A stretch of DNA of 64,000 bases from an uncultured Bacteroidales bacterium. Lineage in GTDB: Bacteria; Bacteroidota; Bacteroidia; Bacteroidales; JAADJA01. Shown in pieces: positions 51,659-59,242 of the stretch. The DNA is taken from positions 568,862 to 632,861 of the forward strand of contig CAWJBC010000021.1 in the NCBI GenBank assembly GCA_963840975.1, written 5' to 3'. Position 1 is the first letter of the stretch. Every line of letters begins with the position of its first letter. Both the position numbers and the translations under genes were made by a program. The notes below the pieces were generated by a model that had not been told where the DNA came from, ran no database searches, and saw only the letters and a program-made list of their open reading frames with translations.

Positions 51659-52792
51659 GGAGGGTTTGATGTGGTGATTGGGAATCCGCCGTATGTGGAG
51701 CAAGTTTAAATGAAGAGGATATTAACTATCTTTAGAAAAATTTACTTGACAGTTATAGATCATTCTGAGGTTTATTACTTATTCATTGAAAAAGCAGTAA
51801 ATGTTTTAGCAAAAAATGATGGCTATATTGGATATATTACACCAAATGCATGGTTGTCGAACAAATATGCAAAAAAATTACGTGAATTATTACTATATGA
51901 AACTACTTTTTTGAATATTGATTAATTTCAATCGAAAAATTGTTTTTGAGGAAGCAAATGTTGAAACTGCAATATTTATTTCGAAAAAAGTTTGACAATT
52001 AACAGAACATTTAGTTTTAGTTGGGCAAGATTTGAATAATTTATATCAATATGATTAAAATGAATGGAAACAAAATAATAACTACCTCATATCTATTGCG
52101 CCTGATCAGAAAATAAATCAAATAATTAAGAAAATAAATCTGGCAGAATATAGACTTGAAGATAAACTTGATATTTCTAATGGATTTAAACCATATCAAG
52201 TTGGATATGGAATAAACTTACAAGGTATTCCCTTAACTATTGAAGATGTTAACAGTCGTATCTATCATTCTGAATAAAAATGAAGATAATACTTTCAGGA
52301 GAGAAATTAAAGGGAAAGGTATGTAATAGATATTCTTTCAAATGGGAAGAAGAATTATATAAATTGGGGTAAATGGTTAGATGTCACCTAGAGAAGCATT
52401 CATTATTTGAACAACCAAAAATTATTAATCAGACAAGTTATTAGTGATTATTTCTATGCATTTTTGGATAAGGATAAATATTTTGCAGATCAATACGTTA
52501 TATGTATGCACTAATTATAATGGATAAAGAAAAGGAAAATTTAGAATATCTATTTATGTCTAATTAAACAGCAAATTATATCGGTTTTTATCATTAGAAA
52601 GTTATATTCAGAAGAAGATCGATTTATTTCCAAAAATAAAGGTTAATGAGTTAAAAAATCTTCCAATAAAGAAATTAGAAAAAGAAAATCAACAACCTTT
52701 TATCGAGAAAGCAGACCTAATGCTTTCCTTAAACAAGGAATTGCAGGAAACCTCACAAAAATTCCAAAGGACCTTACAGCGAAGACTGGAAA

Positions 52793-52812
52793 CAATGGGC
52801 TTCAGCCCATTG
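52793..52812 (+). repeat. in-frame palindromic element (variant with symmetric arm changes)
   Basis: CAATGGGCTTCAGCCCATTG translates as MGFSPLW. Changes on both arms keep the palindrome perfect. Confidence 0.9.
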
Positions 52813-53269
52813 TGGGATAATGTGCCTAAAAAGCTTGAGGAATGGTATTTATTAAGCTATGCAGAGTTCATCAAAGAATTGGGCAAGAAGAAAATAAAGC
52901 TATCGCTGAGTGATGAAGCGGAATGGGAAAGCTACTTTACCCAGGAAGCCACCAAAGCACTTGAATTAAAATCGAAAATAGAAGCAACTGATAAAGAAAT
53001 AGATGGGATGGTTTATGGGTTGTATGGGTTGACGGAGGAGGAGGTAAAAATTGTAGAAGGGGGATATTGATTTTGAATAAAATAATATACACCTTTATGC
53101 AGCAAAAGTATACTAATACCACAGACGCTTGTTTGATATTTATAGCTGTTTAAAGATTGAGGTTTATATATAAGCAAGTTGTGCGTCGGCATGACGGAAG
53201 AACATGGCGAGTACAAAGGTCAACTGAACTTGAAAATAGAGATATTATTCCGATTGAATAAAAAACAAA

Positions 53270-54253
53270 ATGGCGGTTGATTTAAATGATTTTAAGCGAA
53301 AAGCTGAATGCAATTACAAAAATGAACGTTACTCAGTTCGGGATAACGGAGCAGTTTTTCGTCATCCTCGCGAAAACAAACCATTGCGAAGAAATGATAA
53401 TCAGTGGACTTTTGGAACACCAAACAATAATGGTTATATGCTTATAGCTTCGGAAGTCGTTCATCGCATCGTAGCATACGCTTTTTTAGGAGAACCACCA
53501 ACTACTCAACATATTGTTGACCATATAGATACAAATCGTCAAAACAATCGCCCTGAAAACCTTCGTTGGCTAACAAAGTTGGAAAACAACCTGAAGAATC
53601 CAATAACTGTAAAAAAAATTGTACTCCACTGTGGGAGTATCGAAGCTTTTCTTAAAGACCCATCAATTTTAAGAAATCATGTGAACGAAGACCCTAATTT
53701 TAGTTGGATGAGGACTGTCACTCCAAAAGAGGCTCAAATATCTTGGGAACGCTTGAGTAATTGGGCAAATACGGATAGTATTTCGACAAAAGGCGGTTCA
53801 TTGGGTGAATGGATATTTAAGAATAACCAAAACACACCCTCATTTCAAGAAACGTCAGAATTTGTAACTTCCGATACGCCAAATGCGATTCAAAAGGATT
53901 GGAAAACTCCGTCCGTATTTCCTTGTTGCCCAAAGGAAAGAACCGATAATCCGATTGATACCTATACTGCAAATTTAGATGTTGAAAAAATATTTTCACA
54001 AAATCAATATTCAAACTCAATTATTGAGGATTTTGCAACATCCAAAGACAAGAAAAAATTGTGGGTTATGTGTAAAAGTAGTGATGATAACGCAATAAAA
54101 CCTTGGTCATTGGCACAAGTAACCTATGAAAATGAATTATTTGTTCATAAAAACCTTGGTAGTTTTATCCAAAAAGACGGTGCAGAAAAACAGTTTACTA
54201 TTGTGCAAGGACTTGAATGGACAGGTGGTCAGACTTTTGATGACTTATGTTAA
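53270..54253 (+). CDS. HNH homing-type endonuclease (NUMOD4-like N-terminus plus HNH_3) with a C-terminal extension of unknown function
   Basis: The 327-aa ORF has YSVRDNGAVF..., NGYMLIASEVVHRIVAYAFLG...HIVDHIDTNRQNNRPENLRWLTKLEN. One 60-nt line counts 30% GC. Confidence 0.75.
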   Translation: MAVDLNDFKRKAECNYKNERYSVRDNGAVFRHPRENKPLRRNDNQWTFGTPNNNGYMLIASEVVHRIVAYAFLGEPPTTQHIVDHIDTNRQNNRPENLRWLTKLENNLKNPITVKKIVLHCGSIEAFLKDPSILRNHVNEDPNFSWMRTVTPKEAQISWERLSNWANTDSISTKGGSLGEWIFKNNQNTPSFQETSEFVTSDTPNAIQKDWKTPSVFPCCPKERTDNPIDTYTANLDVEKIFSQNQYSNSIIEDFATSKDKKKLWVMCKSSDDNAIKPWSLAQVTYENELFVHKNLGSFIQKDGAEKQFTIVQGLEWTGGQTFDDLC

Positions 54254-54278
54254 ACGAAAAATTAATGAAATATTTAAA

Positions 54279-54373
54279 CCCCCGCACCCGTGAGTGTTCC
54301 GCAGGATCACTTGTTGGAATAGGCCCGCCTGAATGAAGCAGTCGGGCAGGTAAGCAAAGTTTTTAACTTTGCC
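54279..54373 (+). repeat. left direct repeat bracketing the 54.5-55.6 kb cassette
   Basis: The sequence is CCCCCGCACCCGTGAGTGTTCCGCAGGATCACTTGTTGGAATAGGCCCGCCTGAATGAAGCAGTCGGGCAGGTAAGCAAAGTTTTTAACTTTGCC. Confidence 0.85.
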
Positions 54374-54548
54374 AGCATAAGCATAGCTCGCTTGCGATTG
54401 TATCGCGGGATTTAAAGTTTATCAGAATTACCCCGGTTTGGGATTGGAATCTGGTTACTTCCAAAATAATCAAATAATTTTGAACCAGATTGAGAAGAAC
54501 GGGAAATGAAGGAGGTTTCACTTTTGGGAAATATTGTATTTTTGTTAA

Positions 54549-54863
54549 ATGAAACTGATTGATTCAAATAAAGACAGGCTTATCGAACTTTGCATTAACC
54601 ACAAGGTAAAAGAATTGTATTTGTTTGGTTCGGCATTAACTGATAGATTTCAGGATTCCAGCGATATTGATATGCTGATCCAGTTTTATCCGGACGATTT
54701 AATGGACTATTTCACCTACCCAAAAGTGGCTGTTCAGTGGTTAAATGAAGCTTTGTGCTTTTATCAAAGTTTGTGCTTGGTTGACAATGAAGTGCTCCGA
54801 AATCACCACCTTCGGGTAGCGCAAAACGTTGTAGGCAATTTAATAAACAAACTTCTATTATGA
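54549..54863 (+). CDS. nucleotidyltransferase-domain protein (MNT/MntA-like)
   Basis: The 104-aa ORF has ELYLFGSALTDRFQDSSDIDMLIQF, a pol-beta-type GS...DxD motif. The C-terminal half is divergent. Confidence 0.6.
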   Translation: MKLIDSNKDRLIELCINHKVKELYLFGSALTDRFQDSSDIDMLIQFYPDDLMDYFTYPKVAVQWLNEALCFYQSLCLVDNEVLRNHHLRVAQNVVGNLINKLLL

Positions 54864-55561
54864 AATACTTTGCATTAATGACTTTGATAGTTCTTGTAAG
54901 TTGCGGAAAGAAAGATAATATTGATGAAAATCCTAATGGGATTGTTCAACCCAAAAGTGATACCTTATCCGTAGAATTAATAAATGGTAACTTAAGGATA
55001 GTTATTGATACATTTCACCCCTTAGAATATCTCCCGGTTTTTCCAGGTTCTTATTGGAAATATGCAGACAATAATAATGATACTATAACAAGTACTACTT
55101 CCTTAAATTTTCTGCCTGACAGTTTCAGCGCAAATAGAACGACTTGGGTGAATACTATCAGTTGGGTTCCCTTTCTTGATGGAATGGGTATTTGGGGATA
55201 TGGTCGTAATGATTGTGGTGTTCATATTAACGGAGGCTGTGAGTTAACACAGCTACTTAATGTTCAGATACCGGTTGGTTCGGTTTGGCTTACCGAATAT
55301 TTTTCTCCAGGACCTCATTTAACAAAGACTTATAGAGAAATTATGACAATGGATACATCATTACTAATAAATAGTGTAGTATATGATTCTGTTGTTAAAA
55401 TCAAAGAGTACGTTGAATATTTATATAGTAATGATCCTCCTCCAAGAGTAACATTTGAATATTACAGCAAAAATGTCGGACTAGTGAAGTTAATAGAATA
55501 TAATAATTGGGACAGTAGTGTTTATGAAAAGAACATTATTGATTACTTTATCAATAAATAA
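54860..55561 (+). CDS. lipoprotein, hypothetical
   Basis: The 233-aa ORF has the lipobox LIVLVSCGKKDN. Its start overlaps the upstream stop (ATGA). Confidence 0.6.
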   Translation: MKYFALMTLIVLVSCGKKDNIDENPNGIVQPKSDTLSVELINGNLRIVIDTFHPLEYLPVFPGSYWKYADNNNDTITSTTSLNFLPDSFSANRTTWVNTISWVPFLDGMGIWGYGRNDCGVHINGGCELTQLLNVQIPVGSVWLTEYFSPGPHLTKTYREIMTMDTSLLINSVVYDSVVKIKEYVEYLYSNDPPPRVTFEYYSKNVGLVKLIEYNNWDSSVYEKNIIDYFINK

Positions 55562-55629
55562 AACTGTACATAATAGCCGCTTACTAGCCAGTGCGACGGG
55601 TTTCGCTAGACTTCAAAGTTTTCGGTTGA

Positions 55630-55774
55630 CCCCCGCACCCGCGAGTGTTCCGCAGGATCACTCGTGGGAATAAACCCGCCTGAATGACTAATTCGGGTAG
55701 GCCCACCTGTCCGCCCGTTCCGGAACGGACGGGAATGAAGCAGTCGGGCAGGTAAGCAAAGTTTTTAACTTTGC
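55630..55774 (+). repeat. right direct repeat bracketing the cassette (with an extra internal palindrome module)
   Basis: The sequence is CCCCCGCACCCGCGAGTGTTCCGCAGGATCACTCGTGGGAATAAACCCGCCTGAATGA[...GGCCCACCTGTCCGCCCGTTCCGGAACGGACGGGAATGA]AGCAGTCGGGCAGGTAAGCAAAGTTTTTAACTTTGC. The bracketed part is the reverse complement of the core of the 39.8/44.4 kb repeat. Confidence 0.85.
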
Positions 55775-55933
55775 ATGCGTGAGTATACAGAATTGAAACA
55801 ATGGGCTAATCCGGTTAACAATGGAATGAAGTATGAAATGAAACCCACAAGTCAACGCCATCACATAAGGCAAGGCAGGAAAACATTCGGGTGGTGAGAT
55901 CAAAGCTGTGACTGTTAAATACCCGTGGTCAGG

Positions 55934-56908
55934 TTAATCTTTTATCAGTAATTTCCTGGAATATTCTTTATTCCTGATTACTGTCTTCAGAAAATATACC
56001 CCGGCATTTAAATGATCAACATTCAACCTGTATTCCTTTTCGGGAAAAGCCTGTACGCCTTCATGCCCGAACACCGGTTCCCCGAAAATATTAAATATCA
56101 TGATTGAATTTATCTCATCCTGAAATCCGCTTAAATTAAGCGTAACATAATTTTGTGCCGGGTTGGGATACAGCTGTATGCTGTTGCCATCCGTCTCTCC
56201 AATGCCGGTATTTTCGCAGATATATACCATAATCGTATCCTGGTATTGGCAGTTGTTTGTATCCAAAACCGTAACGGAAAATTCATGTAAACCGACGTCA
56301 TAAACGGACCCGCTCACTAATAAATATTGTTCAGTTGATCCATCCTGCCATTCATAGGAAACGTAATTATCACCTGCATTGAGTATAAGCGTATCATATT
56401 CACAAATGATGGTATCATTACCAAGCTCAAGTGCATCAGCGGTGAAATCAACATAAATCGAGTCCGAACCTATACAACCATGTACGTCAACCACCGTTAC
56501 AAAATAAAGCCCTTCTTCCGTTACAATATGAAATGGCAAGGTGGAACCATTGATCCACAAATAAGAGATGAAAACGGGTGGCGGTTCCAAAATGAGAGAG
56601 TTGCCGAAACAAATAAGCGTATCATTGCCCAGCTCGGGATCGGGATAGGGCCAGTAACCGATGTTGATCGTATCGGAATAAAGGGTCGTCCCGATGAAGG
56701 CATGCACCCAAAAAGTTCCGCCCTCAGTTACCATAAATGTTTGTAATGTGGAGCCATCCTGCCAGAGATAGCTGTCGAATCCGGGTCCGGCATCCAGAAT
56801 GTGAATATAGCCGATACACAAATTAATGTCCGGCCCCAAATTTATTGTAGTTTGCGAAAAGGAGATAACAGGCAGGCAAAAGATCAAAAGGATAAAAATC
56901 TTTTTCAT
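55934..56908 (-). CDS. T9SS C-terminal-domain protein with three YxWxxGST repeat modules
   Basis: The 324-aa ORF has a signal peptide and the repeats FDSYLWQDGSTLQTFMV, ISYLWINGSTLPFHIV and VSYEWQDGSTEQYLLV. The CTD reads LYPNPAQNYVTLNL...GVYFLKTVIRNK. Confidence 0.8.
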   Translation of the reverse strand: MKKIFILLIFCLPVISFSQTTINLGPDINLCIGYIHILDAGPGFDSYLWQDGSTLQTFMVTEGGTFWVHAFIGTTLYSDTINIGYWPYPDPELGNDTLICFGNSLILEPPPVFISYLWINGSTLPFHIVTEEGLYFVTVVDVHGCIGSDSIYVDFTADALELGNDTIICEYDTLILNAGDNYVSYEWQDGSTEQYLLVSGSVYDVGLHEFSVTVLDTNNCQYQDTIMVYICENTGIGETDGNSIQLYPNPAQNYVTLNLSGFQDEINSIMIFNIFGEPVFGHEGVQAFPEKEYRLNVDHLNAGVYFLKTVIRNKEYSRKLLIKD

Positions 56909-57147
56909 GACATTTTTAATAATTATCCTTCAAAATTAAACAATAGTAAAATACCAACCAGGTATTATCCTGATTATGGCATAATTATATATTGATGTGC
57001 TAAACAAAGAATTGTTGAATTCTGTTGTAAAAGAAATCGCGAATCTCACGTATCTCAATCTAAAGCGATAAGGGCTGTATTTTTTGTGATTTGCACAGAT
57101 TATGGAATCAGATTTAATAAATGTTATTGCCGGGGTTTGTCCCATTT

Positions 57148-57793
57148 TGCCCGTAGGGCATGAATATCAATAGAAAATTAATTCGCATGAAATTTCTTTC
57201 CCATAGGGAATGTACAACATGCAATCATTCAAGCTAAAGGATCAATATCTATTCAACAAGCTTAAAAATGTATCGTTCGTCATATTCAATATCATATTCT
57301 TTAAGAAACTGAAGGTATTCTTCACGAAAGGATACTTTCTTATGATGCTGTTGTTGGTCTTCAATATATTTGATTTTTTCAGGTAATTGTGATTTACCGA
57401 GTGAAAATGCTCCAAATCCCTCCTGCCACGAAAACTTTCCAACTGATAAATGGTTTTGATTTATCCATAAGGATGTACTTCTTTTTAAATGATACATCAA
57501 ATCCGAAGGTGCTTGTTTTGGGCTCATACTGATCAATATATGAATATGATCGCTCATCCCGTTGATTATATACAATTTATGTCCTTGTTGAATAATAATG
57601 CCATTCATGTATTTGTAAATGTCCTCTTGCCATTTTCGATGGATAAGGCATAAACGATCCTGAACTGCAAAAACATAATGAATGTACAATTGGGTATAGG
57701 TATTAGCCATATTTTTATTGTTTTTGTTAATGTCCTACGGACAATTTATTTTGTTTATTTATTTGTTCTATTGACATATAAGCCCTACGGGCT
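57148..57793 (-). mobile_element. RAYT/IS200-like unit: a Y1 transposase gene flanked by inverted REP hairpins
   Basis: The left flank reads TGCCCGTAGGGCATGAATATCAATAGAAAA (57148-) plus TTCCCATAGGGAA (57198-57210). The reverse complement of the right flank reads AGCCCGTAGGGCTTATATGTCAATAGAACA (to 57793), with TGTCCTACGGACA at 57731-57743. Confidence 0.7.
57249..57710 (-). CDS. IS200/RAYT-family Y1 (HUH) transposase
   Basis: The 153-aa ORF has YTQLYIHYVFAVQDR, the HUH motif SDHIHILIS, WQEGFGAFS and KYIEDQQQHH. Confidence 0.85.
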   Translation of the reverse strand: MANTYTQLYIHYVFAVQDRLCLIHRKWQEDIYKYMNGIIIQQGHKLYIINGMSDHIHILISMSPKQAPSDLMYHLKRSTSLWINQNHLSVGKFSWQEGFGAFSLGKSQLPEKIKYIEDQQQHHKKVSFREEYLQFLKEYDIEYDERYIFKLVE

Positions 57794-58014
57794 AATAAAT
57801 TCTTATCACACGAAATTAAGATTTTAATCATTGTAGTCAATACTAAATCGTCACATCATAAAAAAGCAGAATTAAGCACATCAAAATAAAATATAGCCCT
57901 GATTATAATCCATAGTTTTGAACTTAGATTTGAATTTACCCTGTACAAAGGAGTTCCGCAGGATCACTCATGAACACAAAAGCAATTACAAAAGACTATC
58001 TTTGAATCAAATTA

Positions 58015-58924
58015 ATGTTGATGGAAAAAGTAAAATTAGCCGAAGGACTTGAGTTTTCAAGAATTATCCACGGGCAAATGCGGATCCGGGACTGGAATAT
58101 GCCGGACAGGGAGTTGCTGAAGTTCATGGAACAGATCATGGAATTGGGTATTGATACGTTTGATACAGCTAACATTTATGGCGATTACAGTTGCGAAGAA
58201 TTGGCAGGTAAGGCATTGCAACTGAAGCCATCCATTCGCAGCCGGATGATCATTGTAACCAAATGTGGCATTAAGATCATGTCGGGTAAATTCCCAAAGC
58301 AAAAAATTCAGTATTACGATTATACATACGATTACATTATCGGCGAGGCTGAAAAATCGCTGAGGAATCTCAGAACAGATCATATTGACGTTTTATTGCT
58401 GCACCGCCCGTCCGACTTCATGAATCCGGAAGAAGTGGCAAAAGCATTTGACCGGTTGAAAAAAGAAGGGAAGGTTCGTTACTTCGGCGTATCCAATTTC
58501 TTACCCCACGATTATTCGATGCTGCAATCTTACCTTGACGGGAAATTAGTAACCAACCAGGTTGAAATATCTCCCTATACCCTTACTCATTTTGAAAACG
58601 GAAATATGAACTTCTTCCTCGAAAAAAGGATCAAACCGATGGCATGGTGCCCAATGGCATGGGGAAAACTCATTACACCCAGTGACGAAAAATCGGAAAG
58701 AATCGTAAACATATTGAAGGAAATAGCAGGAGAACTCAATGCTGACGGTATTGATAAAGTAATTTACAGCTGGCTGTTGATGCACCCATCGACGATCATG
58801 CCCATTAACGGAAGCGGAAACATTGAGCACATACAGAAGAACCACTGAAGCCTTAAATCTTAAGATGAGTGTTGAACAATGGTCAAGAATATTAGCCGCA
58901 TCGAGAGGAATTGCATTGCCTTAA
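58015..58924 (+). CDS. aldo/keto reductase family oxidoreductase; frame disruption near 58839 as assembled
   Basis: ORF 58015..58848 has GIDTFDTANIYGDY, DVLLLHRPS and YFGVSNF. It continues in the +1 frame as ...IQK|TTEALNLKMSVEQWSRILAASRGIALP* to 58924. The span is 910 nt (3n+1). Confidence 0.8.
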
Positions 58925-58954
58925 AAAATGGGTTTGCCGGTATTTAAAATCTCG

Positions 58955-59070
58955 GAGATGAAACACCAAAGCAAGTTTTGGAAACTTATTCCGCTGTAGA
59001 GCATCAAACCCTCGATGGGATTGTTCAACTTAAGCTGCATTCATCTCTAAAGTACAAATTTCTAAACAAG
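58955..59070 (+). repeat. dispersed ~115-135-nt intergenic element, copy 2
   Basis: It aligns with 21992-22125. Both copies lie about 90-175 nt upstream of a plus-strand gene. Confidence 0.7.
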
Positions 59071-59242
59071 CAGTCGCTCAAGTCAATTTTGTTTTTGAAT
59101 GATGCGTGCTTTCTCATAGAAATACCACTTTCATGTTATTGTTAGTGTATTTTTCCTGTCCTATTTTTGTTTGCTTTCTTAAACGAAAATGATCGCCTTT
59201 TTTGATAATTCACTGTAATATCACAACAAAATAAAAAAACAA

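Larger units (their letters stand above)
49361..53070 (+). pseudogene. type IIG restriction-modification enzyme (N-terminal nuclease-like domain, gamma-class N6-adenine methyltransferase, C-terminal TRD), disrupted
   Basis: ORF 49361..51709 has KKADGAIL...VGVIELKG, FYTPKYITKYIV, motif I DPACGSGAF (50789-50815), FGVDLNEESVEIAKLSLWL and motif IV NPPY (51683-51694). An in-frame TAA lies at 51707-51709. Region 51710-52719 is still recognisable (YYLFIEKA..GYIGYITPNAWL; NFNRKIVFEEANVETAIFISKK; DISNGFKPYQVGYG; IIRQVISDYFYAFLDKDKYF) but is broken by many stops and frameshifts in my three-frame reading. The tail ORF 52720..53070 ends EIDGMVYGLYGLTEEEVKIVEG. Confidence 0.8.
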
